Of a DNA stretch of 64,000 nt, positions 41,612 through 54,880 are shown in pieces; within the stretch, counting starts at the first letter, position 1; each line of letters begins with the position of its first letter. The stretch spans positions 132,804-196,803 of the forward strand of contig NMRA01000002.1 in assembly GCA_002633005.1 (NCBI GenBank). The letters run 5' to 3'. Under the pieces are notes generated by a model that did not search any database, had not been told where the DNA came from, and saw only the letters and a program-made list of their open reading frames with translations. The stretch is from Phoronis australis (Eukaryota > Animalia > Phoronida). The position numbers and the translations under genes are program-made.

Positions 41612-44600
41612 GCTCTGAGTCCTCCTTTCCTATGATTTCTAAAGGACCACTAATAGGCACGGGTCCACTTTTCATATTCGGACTCAAATAAGACATATTG
41701 CGCTCAGTGTTTGCTCTAGGATTTCAAACACCATTTCAATTTCTTTGGGTTGGTGAAAATTGTCCAGAAATCTTTACACTCACACTGGGGAACACGCACA
41801 ATATACAGTATGAGCCAAAAGTATTCAGACAAAATGACCAGGAATTCACCATCATGATGGCTGGGCTGAAGAGAATTCATTGGCAGACTAGTTATCTCTC
41901 ATAACGAGAATCAAAGGGAAAGTTAGTAAGGGGGCTAAGCCATTATGTAATTAGAATTGTGCCGCTCTATTAGTTATTACCAGTCATTTTTGCTGTTAAC
42001 AGAATTTGATGTCTTGATGGGAAAACAGTATTTTGTCTGTTTACTTTTGTCTTGTACTTTATATATTGAAAAAATGGGCGAATTAGGTGGTACTTTTATT
42101 AATGGAAAATAGAGGAGGATAGCCAAGAAACAAAATGGGTGATTTTCATTTCTTTGAGTTTTACTGGTATTTTCTCGAAATTGTTTCCAAAGTAATTGGC
42201 ACATGAACTTGAAAGGTGTCTTTTTAACCTAATTCAAATAATGCAAAAATACAGTCTGTTACAGTATACAGCCAGACTTCTGTGGTCATGATTAGGGGTA
42301 TAGGTATTTTGAGTCTTAGTACAGATTAATAGGCTCACAAATTCTTGGCTTGACCACTACTCTCCATTCTGTCTAGTATCAGAGCTGAGTATCTCAAATG
42401 GTTGATAAATGAGATGGCATGTTCCGTCAAAGCAAGAACAATGGAATCATGTAGCAGCTAGTTCAATCAATTGTTGTATTTTTCGCCTTGACGTGAGCTA
42501 TCAGCTCAGCTATTGTTCATTTGAGGCTGAAAGCTCTGCACGTAGGGCTCTGTGTGCAGTGCCACATGTATAACAAGGGTTCTACCTATAAACCTTCAGG
42601 CAGTCGTGTGGGACGTTTACCCCTAGTGACGCCCCCATGTGGACGAAGTGCTTTCCACTCTCAATCTATTCAAATGTTGAAAAAAGATACCTTTCTTCAT
42701 GAGCGCATACTGGAGGAAGTTGAATCACTCATTTTGTGGATATTTTTTTTGCTTTCCGACCATCATATATATTACTAATCATTTTTCTGTGAATATTTTA
42801 CTACGTAGTAGTTGATTATGAGAGTGATCTTCAGACGTGTTTCATCAAAATTGTCTGTTAATCACAAGTTGTGAGCATATAAAGATAACGACTTGAAAGT
42901 GAACTGAATAGTTTTTTGCTGTCTTACTTTTTCTTTATTGATGTCAGCATTAATGGATTCACTAAATTTGTAATCAAGTCGGTCGTAAATCCAGTGTGTT
43001 AGCATTAGGTTCTAAAATTGTTGCTACTGATGAAAGTGTACATTCTTAGAAGTGGGGTACGGAGAAGTATATGTACAGGTGGGCATAATAGTGTTGGACT
43101 CTTCGAGTTCATGTGTTTGTGTGTGTCAGTCACTTGTGACTAAACTGTGACTTTGTGCCAGCATTGTGGAATATTGCAAACTGGTAGGTGTTGCAGTGTT
43201 TCTACGTTTTAAATGCAAAGTGTTGTACTGATCCATTTCATTAAACAGCAGAATTGGTGAAAATTAAGAAACCGTTAATTTACCCACACTGTACTTTATT
43301 TCAAAGTGCGTTTGACAAGTTGATATTTTTAATAAATGTTGCCATGGCAACGGTGTTACTTTAGAAAAGGGACGAGGCTGTTATAGCATTGGATGTTGCA
43401 TCTGTAAGAACAATGGAAATGGTAACGCCTGTTAGACACTCTTACAACAGTTTCTTAATGTTTTACGAAATTGGTACTTGGGTCTTTACACTGTCAAAAC
43501 TCTGTTGGATCTGTAGACGTGTCCCTGCCTACATAGGGACTGAAGGCAACTACTAATAATTGGAGACAAACAATATACCGGTGCCCTAAGCACTCTAGTT
43601 CTTCAATCCAGCAAATTTCAATAAAATAACTTTTTAAAATCTGAAATTCATGTCACAGCTTTTGTGAACCATGGAAATTAGCATATAAACCAAGTGTTTC
43701 CTGAAAAGGAGTTTAACCGGGGAACGCTTATTTTCCAGTTACAATTTTTTACCCGATGTAATTTCTCACAGGGAAGTGGCAATAGTTTGAAGCAAGATGA
43801 CGGAATCTTTAAGACTGCCTTATAAGCCGACGGCACGCTTTCCGTTCCTATTGATCGGACACTTTCTTGCCGCACAGCCATGCATGAAATAGATTATGAA
43901 AAGAATTAAGGTCACATAACCAATTTCATGTGTGGCATTTTTTTTTTTTTTTTTTTTGGTGCCATTTTGCATTGCTCCAAGACATTGTCGAATTTCGGTA
44001 GTGTCATTTTTGCTCTCGTAAAAACATGCCCATTGTTATTTTTAACCTCAACATTGTCTCTGTCAATAGCAGAAAAAATGTCTTCAATTTTTTCGTCAAC
44101 TGGACTCGCTAAATTTTCTCAATATTTTTATCTTAAATGCGTCATTTCAATTCAGGAAAGTGGGGGCCATGACATTAGTATAGAATGGTGAATCTTAAAA
44201 ATGTTAGGACTTTTGTTAATGTACTTGAACTTGCAGGGTGTTAAGTTGGACATTAATGTCACCCACCTGTGCAATATCGGTGCGGATTCGAACTTTCTAC
44301 CTGATAATTCAGATATTTTTTGTTCAAAGAAAAAGTCAGGGTATATTATGTTTGAACAAACATTTTGTCTTCTCCAATTCTCAGTTTTGGAATAATTCAA
44401 CATGTATATTATCGATGAAAAAAAGTGCCACGAAGTTTGTTTCATTTGTCAGTAATTAGAACACAAGTGATTGTGAGTTAGGCGAATACAGAGACACTTG
44501 TTCAGTTCAGCAATCTTAATAAGAAAAGTTTTTATTTTTGTTTTATTTTGTTTTCTGTTACATTCATTACCATGTGTTTATTCAATGGTAACCTCTTTTT

Positions 44601-46220
44601 GTGACTATCTGTATTGTTATACTTTGATGCAAGTTTAACATGGACATGGGTCCAGTCATTTCAAGACAGTTATATATTGTGCATGCAAAGTTGTTGAAGT
44701 GAGTGAAAAAAACTAAATTGTCCAGTAATCTTAATAGTAGGAAATTTCATTCTTAGCATCCAAAAATTTAGAAGAAATGACACAAAATGTTGGCTTCCAA
44801 TGACTAAAGCCTTCCCTGGTGTGTTGTATTGCCACTAGATGGCTCTGAGCAAATCATACAGCAAATTTATTTTTTTCTTTTGATGCTAAAAATGAAATGT
44901 CTGATTGTTACTGATTATTATCCTTATGAACTTTCTGTAAAATTTCACCAAATTTAGACACAATATGACAGACAAGTGTAATTTTATTTTCTTGTGGAAG
45001 ATATGTAGTATTCCAAATTGATGCTTTTCCTTGCACCATAGCTACCACATGACAATGTTTTGAATTGTGATCATCCTCAACAATGTTAGAAGCCCTTGGA
45101 CCTGAGGACAGACAATTTTAGCAATTATATTTTCTGAATTTGGTGAGATTTTACGTTTCTTAGAGATAGAAAATTCCTGTTACTTGATTTTTTATGTGAA
45201 ATATTGTTTTGAAAATTTCTGTAGGCGCAGTGTAGATGAAATTTTGCAAGGGAACAGTTTGATTTTTGGTGTCACAGTTCAATCAAAGTATTTAAGTTGA
45301 TCGAACTGTGATACCCAATGAGTACAATTTCATAGACAGAACACAGTCTGTACCCCAGTGTATTCATGGTTCCCTTTCATGGAAAACTTACTGTAATTGA
45401 AAAACATTCATATTTGCAAGTTCATGAACTCAGTCATAGTTGCTTGGCAACAATGATTTGCAAAAAAGCACTCTATAACTACCTTTGAGGTAATGTGTTA
45501 TAGGGAAATTACAAATTATTTCCTGGAAAATGAACGCATGGGAACCATGCAATTTAATCCTCGAAATTAATTAGAAATGAAAATTGTGACGGAATAACTT
45601 GAAATTGTGCAATTATGAGAATTTAGTGCTCATGGGATCAGATCATGTGTGACCGAAGTTATTGAGATGACGAAAGATTGGAGAATGAATTGCAGTCCAG
45701 CTCATGTTGTTTGTTCATAAACTGTAAATAAATGACGTCATTCATTGAAGTCTTCTTTTACTGGCCTTCAGTGTCACACATTGGTGTACAAGGTTTCTTA
45801 CTTGTGTTTCATGATAAGGTTTTTCTAAGTCTGATATTAAATAATGTTCCTGTCTTGTTTATTTTTATCGTTTTTCCAAACAGTCTTGGTTCTTGGCTCG
45901 TCTTTTGAGATCACTTTATTGTTAAAATATCAGCAATATGACTGGAAATTAGTTATTTAGACCTGTTGCACTATGCTGAGCTGATATTTTGGTAGAAAGG
46001 GGAGGGACAAAGAGTTAACGGCGGCGGACTTTTAACATTGTCGACTTTTCTTACGCTGGCCAGTCTCCATTGAATCGCGGCAAGTGGAGAGCTAAACTTG
46101 TGATTAACTATGAAACTTGAGGTATAGTATGAAAGCAAGATGAAAATTCTGGCATATTTAATGTACTAATTGGAGATTAAATTTCGTCGTAACCCTGCAT
46201 TCATGTGTTTTACAAGCTTA

Positions 46221-46309
46221 CATGGGCGGCGCACCATAGGGTGATGGAGGGTTATAGCCCCTCCCCCCCCCCCCCCCCCCCNACTTATTTCACTGTTGCG
46301 TGGCCCATG
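46221..46309. mobile_element. Tiny MITE with 5-bp TSD; contains a poly-C run and an N
   Basis: Ends CATGGGC / GCCCATG; gctta on both flanks. A related left end occurs at about 12109. Confidence 0.6.
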
Positions 46310-46959
46310 GCTTACAATGTAGCTATCCCCAGCAAAACATGACTACTCTGATCATGCCTTAATGCGGTACGTCTGCGTCGGATTGACAGTAATGTAGGTT
46401 TAGGTAGACGTGGGACTGTCGTTTGTCTATGTAAATGTTTGTAATGTAAGCCTGGTGAAATGTGATCAAATCTCGAAAACACCGTTGAAACGACGGGTGG
46501 CGCCTGGTTTTTGGAATTGGCCAATTCCATTTTCCCAACGATATGCACTGTGATGGAAATATTGCAATAAACCGTGCACCGACGAGGTCACCATGAGTCA
46601 CCCCCCGCCCCCGCCCCCTCGTTCCCCTTATGCCGCTAAATCACGTCATGTCCTCTAGCTTTGCCACCCCGAACTTCCCCTGGACAATCGAGTGATGGCG
46701 AAATACGTTAACGCTGCTCCCGTAGTGCTATTTACATTTCCAAAACCGCAGTAGCACAAATTTTGCATTTCTTGACAGGTTGATATAATTCAAAAAGAGC
46801 TGTCCAAGAATCCAATCATAGAAGAATTGAGTTGAGGGAATTGTCCCGTAAAAAGGGGTGGTTGTGTATGCCGGAACAAACTATGTGCAACTTTTTCATT
46901 CCTGCTGATGGGGAGGCAATGTGACATACTGAGACAAATTTGTCTATCATGCGCTTCCT

Positions 46960-47120
46960 TTACTCCGACTCGAGGACATGGGTTCGAGTCCCAGTCACCG
47001 CTGGGGCACTTGACTCGTAGACCCAGGTCTTTAGCTCTGTCCTCTGTTCACTTTAACTATCTAGTAATAAAGCATAAAAGTGGTTTCGGGTGATGTGTTC
47101 AATGGGTCCACCTGAGTCAC
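46960..47120 (+). mobile_element. tRNA-derived SINE remnant
   Basis: Pol III B-box GGTTCGAGTCCC at 46981. No intact cloverleaf or clear A-box. Confidence 0.4.
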
Positions 47121-47663
47121 AATCATTGATCTATGCTTGAATGGCCTAGCTGCGCACGCACGTCTGGTGAGACGGGTCCCTTAGTGTCTTGTGGGGACAT
47201 AACTTCTCAGTGCAAAGATAACCAGACAAGTTTTGACAATTACATTTTATTTTTAAAAAATGAATGATTTTCCTTGTTGATCATAAAACGTGGCAAATAA
47301 AAATTCAACTAATTACATCATTTACGTAGTCTCAGAGTGTGTTAGACAAACATGCCCCATGTTTCAAATGTATATGCCTGTGAGTGAAATTGTTCATTTT
47401 TTCTAAGTAACAAAATTTGACATTTCTACAGTTTTGCATATATAAAAACTTCATTCAAATTCAATTTTTGTATCAAGTTGGGCGTTTTGCAACAAGTGGC
47501 ATATTGTGTACGTTCAGATTGTCTCGCATCCAAACCTGCTGTGGATACTATAGGCGCTATGTGGCATTATAATGGCGAGTCAAGTGCAACTCCGACCACA
47601 GGCATCTCTAATCAGCCACTGGTAATGACACTATAATAACGGGAGCAGCTCAGTTGAGTAGGC

Positions 47664-47840
47664 CTACGGTGGCTGGGCAAAGAGACCCTAATTAATTTTT
47701 TCCTATCTCCAGCGCCCGACTTATAGCTCGAGCGCCCTACTTATAACTCGAGCACCCAACTTAACTGAAGGGCTCGAGTTATCAGTCGGGCGCTCGAGTA
47801 AGGAAAAATAAAATAGCATGTCCCCTCTTAGCCACCGTAG
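47664..47840. mobile_element. MITE with 11-bp TIR and internal short repeats
   Basis: CTACGGTGGCT / AGCCACCGTAG; internal CTCGAGCGCCCNACTTATA repeats in both orientations. Confidence 0.6.
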
Positions 47841-48994
47841 ATAGGAGTGCCTGTGCTCCTACTCTTTTGTGTTCAAGTTAAAAAACAAGACATCAATCAA
47901 GACTTGTCAACACCACGCCCACACACAAGCATATGTTGCCGCGATCTTTTAATTAATAGGAGTTCAACCAGGTCGTGTCGTGGCCACAAAGAAAGGTTGG
48001 TAATAACTGCTTTGCTCATAGTTGTTAATCCGTGATTGTTACATCATAAACGTACGTACAAGCTACAGGTCTGTGCTTGCAGGTTACTGTAGGTTATACT
48101 TTTTAGTTGTCGGACTACAGGCTTATTTATTCGTCGGTGAAGGCAAGATATGCGGTCGCGAGCATGATCACGTGCTTCGCTTGTACTGCTTTGCGAAGAC
48201 TTGCTTGTTCTGGCTTCGTTCGCAATACGACGTACTTGCTCGACGGAATGTAACGTGATTTTAAAAGGCGGGTGTTCTGCCCAGTTCTCCAACGGAATCA
48301 GAAGTGGGTCATTTGTCTAAATAGAAACAACAAACTTAGTGTCAATTATTCCCGAACCAATTAGATCATGCATTACTAAACAGAGCAGAAACAAAATAGG
48401 CATCACGCCAACGGTGCCAAAGTAGGCCGCCACCCGACCAAGTTTCTTCGCAGCTGTCAAAAGGAGCATGGAACATCACGGCGTTTTCCGTTGCTCCCAC
48501 AGCCCAACAACAATTATTATTATGACCCCTGTAGCCAATATCTTGCACGACTTAGTGATTAACTCCATTCTGGCATTTATGGTTGGAGGGCCAGCTCTCT
48601 TTTGTTTGATAATTGCTCTAATCTCCCAAATAAGACATCGTATCTAGCATGACATGCTGTTAAAAATAAAAAAAAATCTAAGTTATAACATATTTGAACA
48701 TAAACCAATAGGATTTCTGAATCGTCAAATGCTGATCATAGATGTTTAGTTTTTGAATCGCCCAACTACAACCAAAGTTACGACAATCTATTCTTTCTGA
48801 ACGTATAGTACCAGTTCGCTCTGGGTTTGACCGTGGTCACACCTGGTCTGTTGGAGCCTGGTAGCTGCCTGTTGTCATAGCAGACAAAAGACTGTATTTG
48901 GCAGTTAACAATGGAGCTAGATGTTACCACAGGCTCACAATCCTCTACATCTGATAAAGTCACTGAATGGGAGAGGGGAGATGACATAAATTTG

Positions 48995-49144
48995 CATGGG
49001 CGGATCCAGGATTTTGAGTTAGGGGGGGCCAGGGCAGAGTATTAGCAAGGATTTTGCCTGTCAGACATTGGCACTCCTGAACTGCCCAATGGAGAATTTT
49101 AGGGGGGCCATGGCCCCCTTGGCCCCCCTGTAAATCCGCCACTG
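48995..49144. mobile_element. GC-rich MITE with 5-bp TSD
   Basis: Ends CATGGGCGGATCC / AAATCCGCCACTG; atttg on both flanks. Confidence 0.65.
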
Positions 49145-49871
49145 ATTTGTTGTGAGGGCATTGAGTAATGACTTCTGTGCTATAAAACACTGGCTGAAAT
49201 AAATAGTCTAAAATTTGTGATTTTTTGAGCTGTTTATTGGCATACCAGTAAAATTTGACCTTCAGTTGTTTTGAAAAATGCTGTCACTCAGGAGGTTTTT
49301 GTAATATGCTCGAATGCACTACAAAACAAAAAAATAAATTTAAGAACGTCTTGAAACCCAGAACCCTCTGTTGTATAGTTAAGCAGTTTGGAGTTTTCCA
49401 GTAAAGGAGGTGTGAAAAAGATCATTGTCATTTGCGGAGTTTTCAAATAAAAATGCACAGGGTATACATTGCAGATCAAGCTTTATTTATTTATATTGAT
49501 TTTTAATGTTAGATGTATACTCGCAGTTCATATATCAAGTACTTTTTCAAGAATGATAGTTGAGCAGTCTTGGAATTTTTTTAGTAATTTTCCAAAAAAA
49601 TTGCTTGACATTTTATCCAACAATTATTGGTGGTCGTGGTGTCCCTGAGTACAGCACAGAAAACAGACTTACTCAACTTAATTAGTCGGAAAAAGTAACG
49701 AACCGTTAGATCTTCCCCATCTCAGAAATCCAGAAATTATACACCTACATTGACTATAGAACAATATGAGACCAATTTCATAACACTTTAGTGGCATAAA
49801 TCAAATTCTGACCAAAAGCACCGGTTTAATGTGAATTGGTTATTCCATACTCCTCTTGCAGGGTAGCCAAC

Positions 49872-50663
49872 ATGAGTACACAAGCCACGAAAAGGAGTGG
49901 GGACAAGTCCTCTGCCCCGGCAAAGAAGGCAAAAAGAGAGGTTGCTGCAGTTCCGCCGAAGTGTTGCGGAAGTTCAGGTGAATGCACCACAAATGCTAAA
50001 AAGGAGTGTGTCAATGGGATGTGTAGAGTTTGCTGCCAGGCATCGAGCAAAGCTTGTGAAATTCATGACCACGATGGGAACCCACGCGCTTCTGGAAAAG
50101 GACCAAAGAAATGCGCTGGAGAAAAATGTCCAACCAACGCAAAGAAGGAATGCATGAACACCATGTGCAAGTCGTGTTGTATTCTTACTGGCAATGCTTG
50201 CGAAGTCCATGAATATGACGGACGTCCGCCGAAGAGCAGAGATCCCAAGAAATGCAGAGGAAAAGGAGGGAAGTGCCCGATCAATGCAAAAAAGGAGTGC
50301 GGCAACAACATGTGCAAAGTGTGTTGTTCGACGACTGGGAAAGCGTGCGAAGTTCATGAATACGATGGCAGTTCCACCCTTCCTGTTGGGGGGCCACAGA
50401 AATGCTGCGGAAAAGGTGGAAAATGTTCCACTAACGCCAAAAAAGAATGCACAAATGTCATGTGTAGAGCTTGTTGTTCCACTACAGGTAAAGTGTGCAG
50501 TATACACGGCTTCGAGACCACCTACGATCCAAAATTGCTGGGACCCAAGAAATGTTGCGGAAAATCTGGCAAGTGCGCCACCTTTGCTAAGAAAGAGTGC
50601 ATCAATGGCATGTGTAAAGTATGCTGCACTGTTTCAGGTGCCGATTGCAAAATCCACAAGTAA
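49872..50663 (+). CDS. Cys-rich protein: bipartite NLS + five tandem SHI/STY-like (C7H) zinc-finger repeats, 263 aa
   Basis: Acceptor tcctcttgcAG at 49860-49861 then aacATG. Five copies of C-x4/6-C-x7-C-x4-C-x2-CC-x6-C-x2-H. Repeats differ at synonymous sites while keeping AKKEC. AATAAA at about 50925 and 50935. Confidence 0.88.
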   Translation: MSTQATKRSGDKSSAPAKKAKREVAAVPPKCCGSSGECTTNAKKECVNGMCRVCCQASSKACEIHDHDGNPRASGKGPKKCAGEKCPTNAKKECMNTMCKSCCILTGNACEVHEYDGRPPKSRDPKKCRGKGGKCPINAKKECGNNMCKVCCSTTGKACEVHEYDGSSTLPVGGPQKCCGKGGKCSTNAKKECTNVMCRACCSTTGKVCSIHGFETTYDPKLLGPKKCCGKSGKCATFAKKECINGMCKVCCTVSGADCKIHK

Positions 50664-52233
50664 CATGTTTTGATGGAGTCTTAGTTTGTAAAAGTGCTAT
50701 GCTTATATATGGTACATGCTTTTCTTCTGCATGCTGTGCTATATTTGTTGCGTAATTAAGGAATCTCAGAATTACAATGAAAATTGTGAAATCTGCAAGT
50801 AGGGCATTCAAAGCAACGGTTGTCAAAAGCCGTATTTGTTTACGGCAATTTTTCACTTATTTAGCACAAGGCATGCAGTGTGACTGACAAGTGAAAGTCT
50901 ATTTTGTCAAAAGTTTTCCACCAAAATAAAGATTAATAAAACTTTAGTCCTGACCATTACTAAGCATCATGAATAAACTTTGGGAAATTTCCTTATTTGT
51001 AATTAACTAATCAGCCATTAAAATTAGGGAAAACGATAATTTTGGCAATTGCTTTTTTAGCAAAATAAATGGAGCATTATCATGTCTTGAAATAAAGGTA
51101 ATGTGAACAATGTAGTGTAGAATTCAGTGAAACAACAAAGTGTCACCAAAATGTCAGCGCTAAGTATGCAAAGAGTTATGCGTATGAAGATAGTACGACT
51201 ATAAAAAGCCCATATGAGCCTTGTAGAAAAAAGGTCGTGCCGGTTGGCATCAACCCTCAATCAGGTAGGCTAATACCATGTGTGTCAAATTGAGATCCGT
51301 AATGTTCAGCGCAGGTGCTCCCGGCCAACGGGTGATCAGCCGAGTCACATAGTCGGTGAACTCGGTTCGCAGAAAAAAATATTCCCTGTTAAACATCTAG
51401 TGTGATATGATGATAACAAGAATATGCTCAGTAGCAAAGAGTTATGCAATCTGAGTGAGGTCGTGGTAAACTTGTGCGTACAAACTTGCCGAAGGTAAAA
51501 CACGTCTTCCTCAAGAAAGTAAGTCTGTGGAGTGGTTCGCTTTGCGCATGTCTGTATCTCATGGTAGTACTTGGGGGAATTCTGGGAAGAATAAAATCTT
51601 CTATAGCACGGTCAGGTCAACAGTCTAGAATTGATAACCTGTGGTCACACTTGCCATCACAAACTTGATTTATAAGTCAGTGGAACAGCAGATTTTGATT
51701 GTTGCAATTAGCATGGTATATGACTTTTAAAAAAGGGGGCAGGCAGCCATTTTTGTTGATACCGTTGCCGATAAAAAACAAATCCTAATTGTTTGAGAGA
51801 AATTTTCCAGTGTCAATTACAATTCCCCTGCACCTGGCGACAATAGATGTGTGATCTATATGGCCCAGCAATAGGCCTGCCTCTTGTTGGATGTGTATTC
51901 ATTTCTGTTGAGAGAACAGTCACAGATTCCCTATTGAACAATCTATCAGTCACTTATTGCTAAATGGAACTGAATGAAGACACAGGATGTGTCAACTCGT
52001 GGCTGGGAAATTTACGTCACTTTTTAACTTTTAATTGTCACTGAAAAAATGTCTGTCTGGAATCACGAGGATTCAGATTTTAGTAATAACAGTAATTCTC
52101 CAACTATTTCGCCCATTTTTCAATGGCCGATTACCTTTTTGTGGATAATGGGTACTTAATAATAAGCAAATGTGTTGTGTCTATGCACTGTAAACCATAC
52201 TTGTAGTAGTAGAATGAGAGTAACTAGATCTTA

Positions 52234-53305
52234 ATTTTTATGCGCCCACATTAATTATATGTGGACGCATTATGCCGTCATCTCCGTCCGTCCGTCCAGG
52301 CGGCGTCCGGCGTCCGCTGCTTTATCTCCAAAATCCTTTGACATACGTTCATGAAATTTGGCACATATGTTCCATTCATGAATGGGACAGCATGTGCGAA
52401 CTTTCAGACGGATCCGACTACCGGTGTGCCCCCTAGTGGCAATTTTAGTTTTTTACGCTTACCTTTGTATCTTCAAAAGTCCTGAACGCATTTTCATGAA
52501 ATTTGGTATGTAGGCACCTATTAGTGAGATGACGCTATCCTGCCGTTTTCAGATGGATTCGACATAGTTTGCGCCACCTAGTGGCCATTTTTAGTGTTTT
52601 CGAGTCTGTTTTTGTGCGTCCACCCCTCTATCAACCAAACCGCTCAAAGAATGATTGTGAAAATTGGCATGTATATGCTTACTATGTAGAGGACGGTTGA
52701 CAATGATTTTCCGACGATTTCGACTACTGTGGCGCCTCCTAGTGGCAGTTTTGTTTTTTTTCACCCATGGCTGTATCTCCCAAACCGTTTGCAGGATCTT
52801 TACTAAATTTAGCAAGTGTATTTATGTGATGTTGACAACGGACGATGACGACTTTAGGATGATTCTGACTACCGGTATGTCTCTAGTGGCAATTTTAGTA
52901 TTTGCCTCTAGTGGCAATTTTGGTATTTTACATTGACCTCTGTATTTTCATAGGTCTTCAGGTGTATACTTTGTGTTACTTCGTGACTATGAAGGAAAAG
53001 TTCCAAGTAGAAATTTGTTTCTGGCATTCTAATGCTGTGCTCGTATGTTGGTAAATTTGTTTTTAATTCTTTCTGTGGTGCTTTAAGCAACTGGTGTATA
53101 GGATGTGCTTGTATTATGAAGATTACTCACATTTTGCCCCTAGCCTATTGAGGAGACAATGACCATGCTTTTCCATTTTGCAAAGTACAACATACTACAT
53201 ATATGCCCTCTACTGGCCACTTTATGGTACCAATAAACAACCCTAGAAGGATACCGTATGCGGTGCAATTGTGGGCGCATTTCAACGCTCTGCGTTGCTC
53301 TTGTT
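52234..53305 (+). mobile_element. Helentron-associated interspersed element (HINE/DINE-like)
   Basis: T-rich start; subTIR ATGCGCCCAC (52240) with a nearby inverted copy GTGGACGCAT (52261); (TCCG)n microsatellite; about 150-bp internal repeats (GAAATTTGG...CTAGTGGC); 3' GTGGGCGCAT; hairpin CAACGCtctGCGTTG; CTTGTT end. Confidence 0.75.
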
Positions 53306-54519
53306 ACTTTTCTTGTCTGGAGAAATAAAACAGCTAGAATTTCATATATTGGCCATAATAAGTGCCACATAAGTGAAGAATTTCTGTAACATAAAAATCT
53401 TGCTTTTCCCCTGAAACATTGTTGCTCGAATAGAATCTCACTGTGCATGTACTATGCATTTAAGCCGTCTTGAATATCTGGAAAAAATCCACGCTGTGGT
53501 TTATTTGTGGCTTTGTAAAACACTAGCTTGCTTTTCCCAAAATAAATGCTTAAAAATACATCGTTTTGTTTTACAAATAAGACTGTATTTTTCAAATCTT
53601 CTTACATTAAAAAATACATGTCAAATGAGCAAGAACAGTCAAAATGCTGTATTTGTCAGACAACGTGCTACATATCACGAGCAAAATCACGTAAACACAT
53701 CGATAAAAAAACTTTTTGTTTCCATTTCCAAATTGTGTCCTCTAATAAATTAACCTACATAACTCGCCAACTTGTCATTCTGAAGAACTAAAAACAAGAG
53801 GAGGAATCCTAAAGCGTGTAAAATCACAACCTATATGACAAATCTACCTTCATCTAAACAGGCCAAACCATTGCACAGCGAAATGGTACTCATTTATATT
53901 GTTTATAAATTAAAAGGGTATAAAACAAATAGTGTGAGTGTGCTATTGAGTCTGGTGGTGGCACTGAAAAATTAAATGTGTACAACACCCTGAGATTGGC
54001 CAGCCCGAAAGTCCCAGTTCCAGTTGATAAAGCACTGTTGATGGAACATGATTTGGCATAGGACGATTTTCAAGGTTCAGCCATTGACATTTAGGATTCA
54101 TTGGTGCCAACTCCAGGTTTTGTAGTTCAACCTGAGTATAAATCTGGTTATTGTAATGTTTTCACCACACAAATCTGACAAAAAATACCCAAACAAAAGT
54201 TCCAACACAATAAATAATTATTAACCATGATTTGAGTATTGACACTTCTAGGCCCATGACCACCAAATTTAACTCAAGATTTGAATCGCAAATTGATCAA
54301 TCACACAGCCGATCAATGGCTCAAAGAGTGAATTGTCAATTTTCAAGTTGAGTCTAGAATAAAGTTTGGTGGTTACAGGCCTTGAAACTATGGACTTTGA
54401 AATTTACTAATTCCTGCAACATGCATGCTCACATTGACAAGTAAATTAATGCAACTATTCGTTTAAAAGTGCTGGCATGTGCAATTCAAGAGAATAAACC
54501 AGGACCCGGGGACTAATCT

Positions 54520-54880
54520 AAATCACACTCAAATTGATTGTTGATATTTTCCGTCCTACTCTAATATGAATTGAAGACAAGTGTCTGTTATTCTGTGCTC
54601 GAGTACAATATGGTTTACCTGGACGACTGTCTAGCCCTAGTTTGCACATGATGACCCCAGATTTAAAGCCATAGGCTCGAGTTTAACTCAAACTTTTGAA
54701 TTTCTACTCAAAATCACAAGTTTTTACAAAGTTTATGGCTTTGATCTAGGGTCACCAAGTAAAATTTTCACTATAAACTCGTGCACATATAGGATTGTAC
54801 TCGAGCACAGAATAATAGACAGTTATCTTGAGTTCGTAGTAAAATTGGACAAAAAAGGAAAAAATACTGTCGATTTCAAG
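54520..54880. repeat. Foldback/palindromic element
   Basis: tgtctgttattctgtgctcgagtacaat pairs 27/28 with attgtactcgagcacagaataatagaca; pairing extends imperfectly outward. Confidence 0.65.

Noticed and set aside
46262-46282. Poly-C run with N as a G-quadruplex regulatory element
   Set aside because: It lies within a MITE and the ambiguous base indicates uncertain homopolymer length.
46960-47000. tRNA gene
   Set aside because: Only a B-box is present; no acceptor stem or cloverleaf, so it is treated as a SINE remnant.
49872-50663. Metallothionein or secreted toxin interpretation
   Set aside because: No signal peptide; it has an NLS, a fixed C7H spacing with terminal His and conserved non-Cys residues. 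A zinc finger fits better, though metal storage is not excluded.
49897-50673. Overlapping alternative-frame and antisense ORFs (86, 177, 84, 159 aa)
   Set aside because: Shadows of the repetitive Cys/Lys-rich CDS; the synonymous pattern supports only the main frame.
52330-52920. CRISPR-like repeat-spacer array
   Set aside because: Repeats are long and degenerate inside a HINE, in a eukaryotic intron-rich context with no cas genes.
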